Of a DNA stretch of 64,000 nucleotides, positions 46,462 to 56,936 are shown in pieces. The DNA comes from Myxococcota bacterium (GTDB taxonomy: Bacteria; Myxococcota_A; UBA9160; UBA6930): contig OZ245015.1 in NCBI GenBank assembly GCA_965223705.1, forward strand, positions 2,496,001-2,560,000, in the 5' to 3' direction. The notes beneath the pieces were generated by a model. The model saw only the letters and a program-made list of their open reading frames with translations. It had not been told where the DNA came from and did no database searches. Position numbers and translations under genes: made by a program. The first letter of the stretch is position 1; every line of letters starts with the position of its first letter.

Positions 46462-47805
46462 CTAGTCCGACTTTCGCAACGCGGGAAAGCCGGAGCGCTG
46501 GATCTCACGACCCAGCGCGAGACCGACTTCCGGTTCCCTCCAACGCCCGTCCAAATACAAATGGCGGAGCCGCGCCAACACCGCACCGATCGCCGGTCCC
46601 CGAAATCCGAGTTCGCGCAGGTCGTCGCCGCTGAGCGGCACCGTTCGATGCCGGTCCTCGGCCGCATAGCGCCCCACCCGACGCCTCTCCGAGGCCTCTC
46701 CCGAGCAGTAGAGAGCGAGCAGCGTCGCTTCGTCCCGGTCGGAGAGAAGCGCGTCCACCGCGCCGCGTCCTCGCGCGCGCGAGAGTGCGCGCAACGTCCG
46801 CTTTCGGTCGGCGCAAAACCCGAGGATCCTCCGAGCGGGATCACCTCGGATATCGAACCGCGCGAGAACGCGCTCCGGCCAATCACCGCCGAGCGCGCCG
46901 AGCCACAGCATCCATGCGGACAGCGCTGCCGGTCGCGAGGAAGCGGTCGGCCAGGGCGGGTCGGTGAGCGCGCGTTCGAGACGGCGCACCGGGAGCCGCG
47001 CGCGCTTTGGAAACGCGAGCCCCGGTTCGAGGGCCGGAAGGACATGCCAGTCCCCGAGCGAGGAGAGCCCGCGCGAGATCTTCTCTCCGCGTTCTCCGTC
47101 GCGGAACAACCGCTCGAGCTCCCGTCGGTAGCGCGGGCCAGATACCGAGGCAAACGCGCCCTCGCGCAACGCGGAACGGAGCCCCGCCAGAGTCTCCGGG
47201 TCCAGTCGGTAGCGCCCTCGCGCGGCGAATCGGGCCGCCCGCAGCGCCCGCGTCGGGTCGTCGTGAAAACTCCGGTCGTGAAGGGTGCGCAGGGTGCGCG
47301 TGCGCAAATCCGCCGAACCGCCGAAGGGATCCACGACGGCCGAACGGCCGCGCTTCGCCGCGGCGGTGAGCGGGATCGCCATTGCGTTCACCGAAAAATC
47401 GCGCCGGCTGAGATCGGCCTCGAGCGAAGCCACGGCGACTTTCGGCAGCGCCCCGGGTTTTGCGTAACGCTCTTGCCGCGTGACTGCGATATCGATGCAG
47501 GCGTCACCGCACGAGAGCCGCGCGGTGCCGAAGCGCTCGGTCTCGGTTACGTCGTAGCCCGTCTCCGCCGCGTCGCGAGCCAGCGCGGCGGCATCGCGGA
47601 GCGTTCTGCCCTCCATACAAAAATCGAGATCGCGAAGTGACTCACCTGCGAGCCAATCGCGAACCGGACCGCCGACCAGGAACAGGGCGACGCCTTGTTT
47701 CGTGGCCTCCGCCATCAGGCGATCGAATGGCTTTCGGTAGGGCGGCGGCGCCGCTCGGCGAAGCTCACGCCGGGTGGGCGGGCGCTCGGGCAGCGGTGCC
47801 GTCAC
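46462..47805 (-). CDS. tRNA nucleotidyltransferase (class II, CCA/A-adding type)
   Basis: LVGGPVRD, DLDF, DLSRRDFSVNAM and SFHDDPTRALRA.RF motifs; GTGA overlap with xerD stop. Confidence 0.85.
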   Translation of the reverse strand: MTAPLPERPPTRRELRRAAPPPYRKPFDRLMAEATKQGVALFLVGGPVRDWLAGESLRDLDFCMEGRTLRDAAALARDAAETGYDVTETERFGTARLSCGDACIDIAVTRQERYAKPGALPKVAVASLEADLSRRDFSVNAMAIPLTAAAKRGRSAVVDPFGGSADLRTRTLRTLHDRSFHDDPTRALRAARFAARGRYRLDPETLAGLRSALREGAFASVSGPRYRRELERLFRDGERGEKISRGLSSLGDWHVLPALEPGLAFPKRARLPVRRLERALTDPPWPTASSRPAALSAWMLWLGALGGDWPERVLARFDIRGDPARRILGFCADRKRTLRALSRARGRGAVDALLSDRDEATLLALYCSGEASERRRVGRYAAEDRHRTVPLSGDDLRELGFRGPAIGAVLARLRHLYLDGRWREPEVGLALGREIQRSGFPALRKSD

Positions 47806-48713
47806 CCGCCGCCCCGTGGATGGCGCCGTTCGACGGTGTCGCGAAGCCGACTGCGAGAGACGTGGGTGTAGATTTCCGTGGTCGCCAAGTCGGCGTGGCC
47901 GAGCATCGCCTGAACGGCCCGCAGATCTGCGCCCCCGTCCAGCAAATCGGTCGCAAAACTGTGCCTCAAGGCGTGAGGGCTCACGCGCTCGCGAGGGATC
48001 CCGGCGCGGCCCGCCAGTACTTTCAAACGCTGAAAGAAGTTCTGCCGAGTCATCGGACCGCCTCGTCGCGTGAGGAAGAGCGCATCGGTGGCCGGTCGGC
48101 GCGCGGCGAGTGTCGGCCGACCGTCTTTCAGATAACGAGCGATCCAACCGAGGGCGATCTCGCCCAGCGGAACAATTCGCTCGTGCCCGCCTTTACCGCG
48201 AACCCGCGCAAAGCCGGCGGACGTATCGAGGGCCGACACCGGCAGCTGGACCAGCTCGCTCACGCGGAGCCCACCGCCGTAGAGGACTTCGAGCATCGTG
48301 CGATCGCGCAGTCCGAGGACGCCGTCGTCCGTCGCAGCGGCGAGGAGGGCGTCACTTTCTTCGGGGCGCAATACCTTCGGCAAATGGCGTCCGAGCTTCG
48401 GCGCGACGAGCTCTCCTGTCGGGTCACGCGTCGCCACGCCGGTCGCGACGAGATGGCGATAGAACCGTCGCAGGGCGACCCGCCGCCTGGCGCGCGTGCG
48501 CGCCGCCTGGCCCGAAGCGTGAGCCGCCGCGACAAAGGCCAATACGTCTTCCTTGTCGACAGACGAAGGCGTCCGCTTCTCGTGATCGATCGCCCATCGG
48601 GCGAACCCCGTGAGATCCGCTGCGTAGGCACCTACAGTGCGCGCCGCCAGGTGTTCTTCCGTGCGCAGGTGCAACACGAAGCCATCGATCGCGGCGTCCC
48701 ACGCGCGATTCAC
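47802..48713 (-). CDS. xerD: Tyrosine recombinase XerD
   Basis: RDRTMLEVLY..GLRVSEL, GKG..ER and SPHALRHSFAT.LL.GGADLR.VQ.MLGH...ATTEIYTHV motifs. Confidence 0.9.
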   Translation of the reverse strand: MNRAWDAAIDGFVLHLRTEEHLAARTVGAYAADLTGFARWAIDHEKRTPSSVDKEDVLAFVAAAHASGQAARTRARRRVALRRFYRHLVATGVATRDPTGELVAPKLGRHLPKVLRPEESDALLAAATDDGVLGLRDRTMLEVLYGGGLRVSELVQLPVSALDTSAGFARVRGKGGHERIVPLGEIALGWIARYLKDGRPTLAARRPATDALFLTRRGGPMTRQNFFQRLKVLAGRAGIPRERVSPHALRHSFATDLLDGGADLRAVQAMLGHADLATTEIYTHVSRSRLRDTVERRHPRGGG

Positions 48714-51424
48714 ACTGCGTCCTGCTCCCGGACGACGGCCATCAAGTCGGCGCGGAGCTCATCGAGCGCTTGCGCGTCGTTCACTTTCTCGCCGTCGGGG
48801 TCGCGCACGTAGAACGTGTCGGCGACCTGATCGAGGACCGTACTGGCCTTCGATAGATGAATATCCAGTCCGTGTTTCGCCACCACGCGCGTGAGATCGA
48901 AGAGCAAACCGGGTCGGTCGTTCGCGGTCACATCGATCACGGTGTAGAAGTCCGACTCGCGGTTGGAGACCACCACCGTCGGCGCCGACTGTGACGGAAT
49001 TCGTTCCCGGAGGCCCAGCGTGCGCCGATCGCGAGTTTCGCCCAGATCGACTTCACCCTTGAGGACGCCCAGCAACAAGTCCTCGAGCTCTTTCCATCGG
49101 AGCGCTTGCTCGGAAGCTCCGCCCTCGGGCGTGTCGACCCGATAAGCCTCGAGCGCCAGATTGCCCCGCGTGGTGTAGACATTGGAGCCCAAGATATTGA
49201 TGCCGACCGCCGTCAGCGCCCCCGCTACGCGACTGTAGAGCCCCGGTGTGTCCTTGGTACAGAAGAGAAATTCCGAACTCTCGTCGTCGAGGGCGACCAC
49301 GGCAGAGGAAAATACCTCGGAGGGGTCGTACGCCATCACGAGAGCGGCGTGCCGAGAGATCTCGGCCGGCGTGTGCGCCAGAAAATAGCGGCGCGGCATG
49401 CCATTGAAGAACTCTTCCGTGACGTCTTCGGAAAATCCGCTCGCAGTGAGCGCTTCGCGCGCGGCTTCCCGATCCGAACGCACCGCTTCTTCAATCTGCT
49501 CGAGAGCGACCGACGGATCGTCCTCTCCCGCCTCCAGGTACTCGGCCGTTCGCTCGTAGAGCTCTCGAAGCAGTCGCCCCTTCCACTCGTTCCAGGCGTC
49601 TTTCGAGGACGCGCGAATATCGGCGAAGGTGGCCAAGTAGAGGTTGCGCAAGTTCTCTCGATCGCCCACCGCTCGGGCGAACTCGACGATCACCTTCGGA
49701 TCCGAGAGGTCGCGGCGCTGCGCGACGTGCGACATCAACAAGTGCTTCGCGACGAGAAATACCGCACGATCGATCCGCGCAGGCTCGATCCCGAGCCGCT
49801 CGCAACACTTCCGCGCCAGGGAAGCGCCCCGCTCGGAGTGGTCCCCGCCGAAGCCCTTTCCGATGTCGTGGAGCAAGCAGCCGAGGAAGAGAGCGGACCG
49901 ATCCTCCGCCTGGCGGACGAGCTTCGTCAGGTGTGGTGCGAAATCTTCGTAGTCACCGTGGTACAGGCGACGGAGCTCTTCGACGAGAAAGATCGAGTGC
50001 ACGTCGACGGTGTACGTGTGGTACATGACGTGCTGCCAGCGACACACGATATGAGCCCATTCCGGGAGGTACGCGCCGAGCAGTCCGCACTCGTTCATCG
50101 CGAGAAGCGTGCGGGTCACCCGCTGCTCGCCGTGAAGAATCTGATCGAAGATGCGCGCCGCCTCGGGGCTGCGACGGAACGACTCGTCGACGAGCGTCAG
50201 GTGCTCCCGGATGAGACGCAGTGCCGACAACCGCAGCGGGATGTCCTCCTCCTGGGCGACGGCGAAGGCCCGGAGCAGGCGCAGGGGATCCTCCCGAAGG
50301 AGGAGACCGTGCGGAATATCGAGCTGTTCTTCGACCCGCTCGAAACCGTCCGGTAGCGCCGCGCGGCGTTGTCGACGGCGGCGATCCAGGCGTGCCCGGC
50401 ATTCCTCGATGACGCTCTCGACCCCGGCCCGAAGGGCGCGTGCGTGCCGGTAGTAGTCACGCATGAGGCGCTCCACCGGAAGCTCTCCCGGGCCACCGTC
50501 GGGGTAGCCCAGGGCCTCCGCGAGCCGCTCCTGCTGTTCGAAGCTCATCTGATCGACCGCGCGGCCTTCCTGGATGTGCAGCTCGTTCCGCAACCGCCAC
50601 AAGAACTCGAGGGCCCCGCGAAACGCGTCCATTTCGCGCTCGGAAAGGAGACCGCGGTGGAGAAAGTCATCGACGCGACCGAGCCTGGGAACGGTCGCGC
50701 GCGCGATCCAATACGCGGAGTGGTAGTCGCGAAGGCCTCCAGCCCCCTCTTTGAGATTGGGCTGAAGGAGATAGACCGATTCTCCGAACTTGGCGTGGCG
50801 CGCCTCCATCGCCTCTCGCTGGGTCCGCACGAACGTCGCGGGCGGGCGCAGCAAGTCTTCCCAGATGCTTGTCAGCAGGGCGTGGTAGACGGACGTGTCG
50901 CCGCCGAGAAACCGCGCATCGAGAATATTCGTCGCGATGGTCTCGTCTTTTTTCGCGAGCTTGATGGTTTCCGCCGCTTGCCGTACGGCACTGCCCACCT
51001 TGAGGCCGCCGTCCCACAACCAGTACTGAACGCGTTCGGCGACCGCCTTCGACATGTCGGTGAGCCGACCCGCGTAGAGGAACAGCAGGTCGATGTCCGA
51101 ATGCACCGACATTTCCTGTCGGGCGTACCCGCCCGCGGCGACGATGCTCAAGTCATCTCCCGGCTGGCCCGTCGTGGCGTAGTGCGCGGTCTGCGCCATA
51201 CGCAACAGCCGACGCACGAGACGATCGATTCCCTCGGAGTTCCTGCGATTCACGGTGCTCGCGAGGTCGCCGCGATGATGCAGCGCCACCACGTAGTCGT
51301 GGTGCGCTCTCGCGTATTCCTTGACGGCCGCGGCCGCGTCGCGGTCGAAGCCGCCACCCGAAGCCCGCGCGCCTTCGAATTCGGACAGAAACGAAGAGAT
51401 GTCCGGAGCTTCGATCCCCTCCAC
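48710..51424 (-). CDS. glnD: [Protein-PII] uridylyltransferase/uridylyl-removing enzyme
   Basis: GGYAR...SDIDL, PNLKEG.GGLRD, YHTYTVD.H, LLHDIGKG and two C-terminal ACT domains. Confidence 0.95.
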   Translation of the reverse strand: MEGIEAPDISSFLSEFEGARASGGGFDRDAAAAVKEYARAHHDYVVALHHRGDLASTVNRRNSEGIDRLVRRLLRMAQTAHYATTGQPGDDLSIVAAGGYARQEMSVHSDIDLLFLYAGRLTDMSKAVAERVQYWLWDGGLKVGSAVRQAAETIKLAKKDETIATNILDARFLGGDTSVYHALLTSIWEDLLRPPATFVRTQREAMEARHAKFGESVYLLQPNLKEGAGGLRDYHSAYWIARATVPRLGRVDDFLHRGLLSEREMDAFRGALEFLWRLRNELHIQEGRAVDQMSFEQQERLAEALGYPDGGPGELPVERLMRDYYRHARALRAGVESVIEECRARLDRRRRQRRAALPDGFERVEEQLDIPHGLLLREDPLRLLRAFAVAQEEDIPLRLSALRLIREHLTLVDESFRRSPEAARIFDQILHGEQRVTRTLLAMNECGLLGAYLPEWAHIVCRWQHVMYHTYTVDVHSIFLVEELRRLYHGDYEDFAPHLTKLVRQAEDRSALFLGCLLHDIGKGFGGDHSERGASLARKCCERLGIEPARIDRAVFLVAKHLLMSHVAQRRDLSDPKVIVEFARAVGDRENLRNLYLATFADIRASSKDAWNEWKGRLLRELYERTAEYLEAGEDDPSVALEQIEEAVRSDREAAREALTASGFSEDVTEEFFNGMPRRYFLAHTPAEISRHAALVMAYDPSEVFSSAVVALDDESSEFLFCTKDTPGLYSRVAGALTAVGINILGSNVYTTRGNLALEAYRVDTPEGGASEQALRWKELEDLLLGVLKGEVDLGETRDRRTLGLRERIPSQSAPTVVVSNRESDFYTVIDVTANDRPGLLFDLTRVVAKHGLDIHLSKASTVLDQVADTFYVRDPDGEKVNDAQALDELRADLMAVVREQDAV

Positions 51425-52530
51425 TACTCCCCTTTCGCCACCACGACCGCACGACGCGCCCAGTAGCGCTCCACCCCGCGCGCGAGATGGAGCCCGAGGG
51501 CGCGGAGGTAGTCCCGGTTGGCCAACCGCTTTGATTCCTCGGGATGCGTGAGGAAGCCCACTTCGACAAGCACAGCGGGAATCTGCGTCAGGAAGAGTAC
51601 CTGAAACGGCCCTCGCTTGACTCCGAGATCGGTCACCGAACCGGAGGTCACGCCGATCCCGTGGACCAACGTGTCATGGAGGTGATGGGCCAGTCCGCTC
51701 GACACCTGTGCGGCTTCCGAGACCCGAAGGCTCGCCAACGTTTTCTGAAGGGCGTCGAGACGTGCGGGAGTCGTCCCGTTTTCCCGCGCGGCGACGCGCA
51801 AGGTCTGCCGTTGGCTGGCCCGGTCGAGATAGTACGTTTCGATGCCGTGAGCGCGTTTGTTCGGCGCGGCGTTCGCGTGGACCGAAACGAACAAGGACGC
51901 GCCGTGGCCCTCGGCAATCGCCGTTCGCTCCTCGAGCGACAACCATTGATCGCCTTCCCGGGTCATCACGACGCGAAAACCCCGCTCCTGTAATTCGCGG
52001 CGCAAGTGCCGCGAAACCGCGAGCGTCACTTCTTTTTCCTTGCGTCCTCGAAGCCCGATCGCGCCGGGGTCGCGTCCGCCGTGGCCCGGGTCGATCACGA
52101 CGACGCGCTCCTCGAAGGCCTCTTCGCGATCGGTCGCCGGTGCGTCGTCGGCGCCGAACACGTCGAGAATGAGCCTCGGCGGATCGTCCAGCCGCAGGAG
52201 GCGATGTTTTACATAGCGGTCGAGATCCAGCACGACCCGCGCCCGATCGGACCGGTTCCGACCCCCGCGAATCCCGCGCACGACCCCGTCACCGACCTCG
52301 AGGGAAAAGCTCCGCGCATCCCGCTGCTCGAGGTCGAAGTAGAGGCGTTCGGTACGTTCCGCGTCGGGGTCCTCCGGGAGATAGCGCACCGTCGGATTGG
52401 CCATCTTCTCGAGTTCGAAGACCACGCGGGTGTAGCTCGGATACGCCCAGTGACGAACCGTGACAGGCTCCTGTGCCGCTGCGGCGGCGCAAAAAAAGAG
52501 GCCCGCGACGATCGGCGCGACCCACTTCAC
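51424..52530 (-). CDS. N-acetylmuramoyl-L-alanine amidase (AMIN + Amidase_3)
   Basis: IDPGHGGRDPGA, EK, SVHANA and LVEVGFL motifs; signal peptide. Confidence 0.92.
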   Translation of the reverse strand: MKWVAPIVAGLFFCAAAAAQEPVTVRHWAYPSYTRVVFELEKMANPTVRYLPEDPDAERTERLYFDLEQRDARSFSLEVGDGVVRGIRGGRNRSDRARVVLDLDRYVKHRLLRLDDPPRLILDVFGADDAPATDREEAFEERVVVIDPGHGGRDPGAIGLRGRKEKEVTLAVSRHLRRELQERGFRVVMTREGDQWLSLEERTAIAEGHGASLFVSVHANAAPNKRAHGIETYYLDRASQRQTLRVAARENGTTPARLDALQKTLASLRVSEAAQVSSGLAHHLHDTLVHGIGVTSGSVTDLGVKRGPFQVLFLTQIPAVLVEVGFLTHPEESKRLANRDYLRALGLHLARGVERYWARRAVVVAKGE

Positions 52531-55154
52531 TCGGGCGCCTCGCTTTCGCGTTGCAAGCGCGCCAGAACGTTCAGCGCCTCGAGGGGCGTCATCCGATCGA
52601 CATCGAGCGCGCGCAACGCCTCGACGATCGAGGGCACCTCGGCCGGCGCCTTCGACCACAGCCCGAGTTGCGCGTCGTCCGCGGCGGCGGGCCCGTTGCG
52701 CGCCTCTTCCAGAAGCGCGAGTCGCTCTCGCGCACGCGCGACGACTCGGCCGGGCAGACCGGCGAGTTCTGCGACCTGGATGCCGTAGGAACGGCTCGCC
52801 TCGCCGGGAACGAGCCGCCGCAAGAACACGACGCGCCCTTCCCACTCGCGCACTTCGAAGTGCATGTTCCGCAGACCCGGCCGTCGGCTCGCGAGCTCCG
52901 ACAGCTCGTGGTAGTGGGTCGCGAACAAGGTTCTCGGACGCAGCCCCGGCGTGTCGTGCAGGTACTCGACCACCGCCCATGCGATGGCCAAGCCATCGAA
53001 CGTGCTGGTGCCCCGACCGATCTCATCGAGAATCAGCAAGCTACGAGAACTCGCTTCGGCCAGGATGTCCGCGGTCTCCCGCATCTCGACCATGAACGTC
53101 GATTCGCCGCGAGCCAATCGGTCGCTCGCCCCGACCCGCGTAAAGACCCGATCGACGAGTCCGACGTCGGCCGCTTCCGCCGGCACGTAGCTGCCCATTT
53201 GAGCGAGCAGCACGATCAGCGCCACTTGCCGGAGATAGGTGCTCTTGCCAGACATGTTCGGACCGGTGAGCAGCAGCATCTGCGGGCCGTCTGCAGGGAG
53301 TTCCGTGTCGTTGGGGACGAAGTCCGACTCGTCTCTCGAGCGGAGGACGTTCGCGACCACCGGGTGGCGCCCGGCGGTGATCTCGAGGCGTGCGTCGTCG
53401 TAGAGTCGCGGCGCGACCCACGCGTCTTCCCTTGCGACTTCCGCAAGGCAGGCGACACCGTCGAGCTCGGCGACCCGATCCGCAGCCGCGAGGAGTGCGG
53501 CGCTATGTGCGGCCACCTCGTCTCGCAGCGCATCGAAAATCTCCCGTTCGAGCGCCGCCGCTCGTTCCTGAGCGCCGCGCACGCGCCCCTCCATCTCGAG
53601 GAGCGCCGGCGTCGTGAAGCGCTCAGCGTTCGCGAGCGTCTGCTTTCGCTCGAAATCCTCCGGGACCTTCGCGAGCTGAGACTTCGAGACCTCCAAGGCG
53701 TAACCGTGAACAGGATGGAACCTCACCTTGAGCGACGGAATGCCGGAACGCTCGCGCTCTTCGGCCTCGAGGCCTGCGATCCACTCCCGCCCCTTGTGGG
53801 CGGACTCGCGCAGGCCGTCGAGCTCCCCGTGGTAGCCCTCGCGGATGTAGCCCGTCTGTAGAGCGCCCCGCGATCCTCGCGGGACGAGCGGCGGATCGTC
53901 GACGAGTGCCCGCTCGAGGAGCGCGGCGATCGGTTGCAGGTCCGGGAGCTCGGGAAGGACGCTCCCGCCGACGAGATCGCCGGGCAGGGCCAAAGCGGTG
54001 CTCACGTCCGGGAGTGCCTGCAGCGATGTTCGCAGCGCCGCCAGATCGCGTGGGCTCGACTGCGCCCGCGTCGCTTTCGACAGACGCCGCTCGAGATCCC
54101 CCACCGAGGCGAGCGCCTCGCGAACCGCGAAGCGCCGGCGATCGCCTTCGGCGAGCTCGCGCACCATCGACTGGCGCTCGAGAATGCGCTCGCGATCGAG
54201 AAGCGGGTAGCGGAGCCACGCCGCCAACCGGCGCGACCCGAGCGGAGTCGACGCGCGATTGAGACGATCGAAGAGCGTGCCCCGGAGCCCGCGGTCTTCC
54301 GAGTTTTCGAAGAGCTCGAGGTGCGTCCGGGTGGCCGGGTCGATCACCATCGCGTCGCCCAACCGATACGTCGACAGGCGAACCATCTGATGCAGGGCGC
54401 CGGGTTGAAACTTCTCGACGACGCGGATCACGGCGGCCGCCGCGCGCATGCCGGCGTCCTCGCCGCGGGTCGCGAAACCGTCCGGTGTGTGGGGCACACG
54501 CTCGACGTCGAACGCTCCGGTCTCGACCTCGGTAAAGCTCAAGCCGGGCAGGTCGACAGAGAGCGCGCCTTCGAACAGCGGACGATCCGATGACGTGACG
54601 ACGAGTTCTCGCGGGCCGATGCGCGCCAATTCTTCGACCAGCGAACGCGGGATTTCACGGGCTTCGCCGGGTATTTCCGTTGCTCGGAAGCGACCAGTGG
54701 ACGCCTCGAAAGCCGCGACACCGATCGCGGACGGCACGCGGCACAACGCCACCAGGGAGACCTCGACATGCGCCGCGATCCCCTCCGGGTCGCCGACGAG
54801 GCCCGGCGTCACCACCTCGACCACTTCTCTGCGCACGAGCCGACGGCCCGCCGCTTTGGGGTCTTCGACTTGCTCGCAGATCGCGACGCGCAGACCCAGT
54901 TCCGTGAGACGCGCGACATATCCGGCGGCGCTGTGCGCCGGAACGCCGCACATCGCCACGGCGTCGGCCTTTCCCTTGTCGCGCGTCGTCAGCGTCAGGT
55001 CGAGGAGGGGCGCACAGCGTTCCGCGTCTTCGAGAAACATCTCGTAGAAGTCGCCCATGCGATAGAACAACACGGCGTCCGGATGCTCCGCCTTGATCGC
55101 TAAGAACTGACGCATCATCGGCGTGTCGAGCGCGCTCTTCTTCGCCGGACTCAT
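52527..55154 (-). CDS. mutS: DNA mismatch repair protein MutS
   Basis: TPMMRQF, RMGDFYEMF, TGPNMSGKST, STFMVEM, DEIGRGT and SYGIQVA motifs. Confidence 0.97.
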   Translation of the reverse strand: MSPAKKSALDTPMMRQFLAIKAEHPDAVLFYRMGDFYEMFLEDAERCAPLLDLTLTTRDKGKADAVAMCGVPAHSAAGYVARLTELGLRVAICEQVEDPKAAGRRLVRREVVEVVTPGLVGDPEGIAAHVEVSLVALCRVPSAIGVAAFEASTGRFRATEIPGEAREIPRSLVEELARIGPRELVVTSSDRPLFEGALSVDLPGLSFTEVETGAFDVERVPHTPDGFATRGEDAGMRAAAAVIRVVEKFQPGALHQMVRLSTYRLGDAMVIDPATRTHLELFENSEDRGLRGTLFDRLNRASTPLGSRRLAAWLRYPLLDRERILERQSMVRELAEGDRRRFAVREALASVGDLERRLSKATRAQSSPRDLAALRTSLQALPDVSTALALPGDLVGGSVLPELPDLQPIAALLERALVDDPPLVPRGSRGALQTGYIREGYHGELDGLRESAHKGREWIAGLEAEERERSGIPSLKVRFHPVHGYALEVSKSQLAKVPEDFERKQTLANAERFTTPALLEMEGRVRGAQERAAALEREIFDALRDEVAAHSAALLAAADRVAELDGVACLAEVAREDAWVAPRLYDDARLEITAGRHPVVANVLRSRDESDFVPNDTELPADGPQMLLLTGPNMSGKSTYLRQVALIVLLAQMGSYVPAEAADVGLVDRVFTRVGASDRLARGESTFMVEMRETADILAEASSRSLLILDEIGRGTSTFDGLAIAWAVVEYLHDTPGLRPRTLFATHYHELSELASRRPGLRNMHFEVREWEGRVVFLRRLVPGEASRSYGIQVAELAGLPGRVVARARERLALLEEARNGPAAADDAQLGLWSKAPAEVPSIVEALRALDVDRMTPLEALNVLARLQRESEAPE

Positions 55155-55161
55155 GGCGGGT

Positions 55162-56175
55162 TCACACCAGGCGCCCGCGGCGTTCGAAGCGTCCCTCGTC
55201 CGCGAAGGCCGCAATCACCGCGTCCCACGCCTCGCCCACTTCCGGCGAGGCGTCCTGACCCGCGACGATGCGCGCTCGCCAGGCGAGAGCCTCGAGCTGC
55301 GTCGGGTGCTCTTTCAAGATCTTGTCGAGGCGGCCGACGGCGACGGCCGTGTCTCCCGCGTGCCATGCGCTGCGCACACGGGCGAGAGCCGAATCGACGT
55401 CGAGCGGGTTCGCTTCGACCCGCTCGGCGAGGAGCGCCTCGAACGCCTCGCCTCGCCCCTCGGCGTCGTACGCTCCTTTCAGCTTCTCGAGCAGCGCCCG
55501 CGCGTTCCGCGAATCGAGGTCGAGCGCGCGCTCCCAGGCGTGGCGCGCCTTCTTGTGCCGCCCGCGTGACGATTCGAGGTCGCCGAGCGCCACCCACGCG
55601 GAAGCGAGTTCGGGATCTTTGCGGAGCGCTTTTCGGAGGGCCCGGGCGGCTTCGTCCTCTTCACCCCGGGACAGGTGCAAGGCCGCCCACTCGCTGTAGA
55701 GCGCGGCTTCGGTCGGCACGTCGGGCAGATCGTGCGCCAGGCGCCGGCGTGACTTGATCGCGCGCGGGTAGTCCTTGAGCTTCGCGTAGAGCTCCGTTTG
55801 CGCCGCGTGAACTTCCGGATCGCGCGGCAACGCCTGGCGTAGCTCTTCATAGGCTGCGATCGCCCGCTGCAAGAATCCCCCCTGACGGAAATCCTCGGCA
55901 ACTCCTCGGAGTGCCGCCACCCGCTGCGCGGCGGAGCCATCGGGCCTCTGCATGAGATTCTGGTGGATGCGGATGGCGCGCCCGAGCTCCCCGCGGGTGC
56001 GATACAAGCTCGCCAGGGCCAACATGGGGGCGATCTGCTCCGAGTCCTCCTCGGCGATTTCGCGGAGCGTCGTTTCCGCCGCGTCGAGGTCGCGGTCGAG
56101 GATCGCCTGGATGATCCCCAGTAGCCGATCCTCGCGCGACCCGCGCTTCGCCTTGTTCCGCCGGAAGAGACCCAC
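55162..56175 (-). CDS. TPR protein, LapB/YciM-like
   Basis: LYR.RGE..RAIRIHQNL and DF...G.L.RA; follows lapA-like gene. Confidence 0.75.
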   Translation of the reverse strand: MGLFRRNKAKRGSREDRLLGIIQAILDRDLDAAETTLREIAEEDSEQIAPMLALASLYRTRGELGRAIRIHQNLMQRPDGSAAQRVAALRGVAEDFRQGGFLQRAIAAYEELRQALPRDPEVHAAQTELYAKLKDYPRAIKSRRRLAHDLPDVPTEAALYSEWAALHLSRGEEDEAARALRKALRKDPELASAWVALGDLESSRGRHKKARHAWERALDLDSRNARALLEKLKGAYDAEGRGEAFEALLAERVEANPLDVDSALARVRSAWHAGDTAVAVGRLDKILKEHPTQLEALAWRARIVAGQDASPEVGEAWDAVIAAFADEGRFERRGRLV

Positions 56176-56564
56176 TAGCGAACCTCGGCCGCTTCTCCCT
56201 GTGCGGACGGCGCATCCGTTGAATCGGGGGCGGGGAGCGCCTTCGGCGCCCGCTCCGCTTCTCCCCCGGTCGCCAGCGGCAGGGTTCGCAACTGGTGAAC
56301 TTCGGCTTCGAGACTGTCGATGCGTTTTCGGTAGCGCCGCGTGACGAGCCCCTGCTTCGCGAACTCGAAGCCGACGAGAAGCAGCGTCAGCCCGGCGCCG
56401 ACCGCCGCCGCGACCAGCAGCGCGATCCACAGCGGCACGCCGGGCAGTTGGAGCAACAACAAGTCGATGTCGGCGGGAGCGTTGTTCTGCCCGGAAAACC
56501 GCAGCATCACCCACACGAGCCCGCAGATCACCGCGAGCAGCAACAACCGGCGCAGAATCTTCAT
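56175..56564 (-). CDS. LapA family membrane protein
   Basis: Two TMs with F..QN, coiled tail ending LR.LP; position after ihfB. Confidence 0.75.
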   Translation of the reverse strand: MKILRRLLLLAVICGLVWVMLRFSGQNNAPADIDLLLLQLPGVPLWIALLVAAAVGAGLTLLLVGFEFAKQGLVTRRYRKRIDSLEAEVHQLRTLPLATGGEAERAPKALPAPDSTDAPSAQGEAAEVR

Positions 56565-56600
56565 GACGCGGCGGCTCGAGTGCCCCGGGGCCGTGTCCGA

Positions 56601-56918
56601 CTACTCGTCATCGTCGTCCACGAGCTCACCCGTGCTCGCGTCGACCATTTCTTTCAGCTCTTTCCCCACCTTGAAGAAGGGCGTCCGCTTGGCCGGGATC
56701 TGTACTTCTTCGCCCGTCTTCGGGTTCCGACCCTCCCGCGCTTCGCGAAGCTTGACCTGAAAACTTCCGAATCCTCGGATCTCGATGCGCTCACCTTGGC
56801 GAAGAGCTTCCGTCATCGAGTCGAAGATGGTGTTCACCACGATCTCCGTATCCTTCTTGGAGATATGAGGCGTCAGCTCGGCGACCTTCTCGATCAGTCC
56901 GCTCTTGGTCATCGTCAT
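56601..56918 (-). CDS. ihfB: Integration host factor subunit beta
   Basis: MTKSGLIE...RIEIRGFGSF...GRNPKTGE...PFFKVGKELKE. Confidence 0.93.
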   Translation of the reverse strand: MTMTKSGLIEKVAELTPHISKKDTEIVVNTIFDSMTEALRQGERIEIRGFGSFQVKLREAREGRNPKTGEEVQIPAKRTPFFKVGKELKEMVDASTGELVDDDDE

Positions 56919-56936
56919 TCCCCAACCGTCATCGCT

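Noticed and set aside
47802..48713. XerD as a dedicated recombinase shuffling the array, or as an integrase
   Set aside because: Canonical XerD embedded in a housekeeping operon 10 kb away; no att sites or inverted cassettes seen
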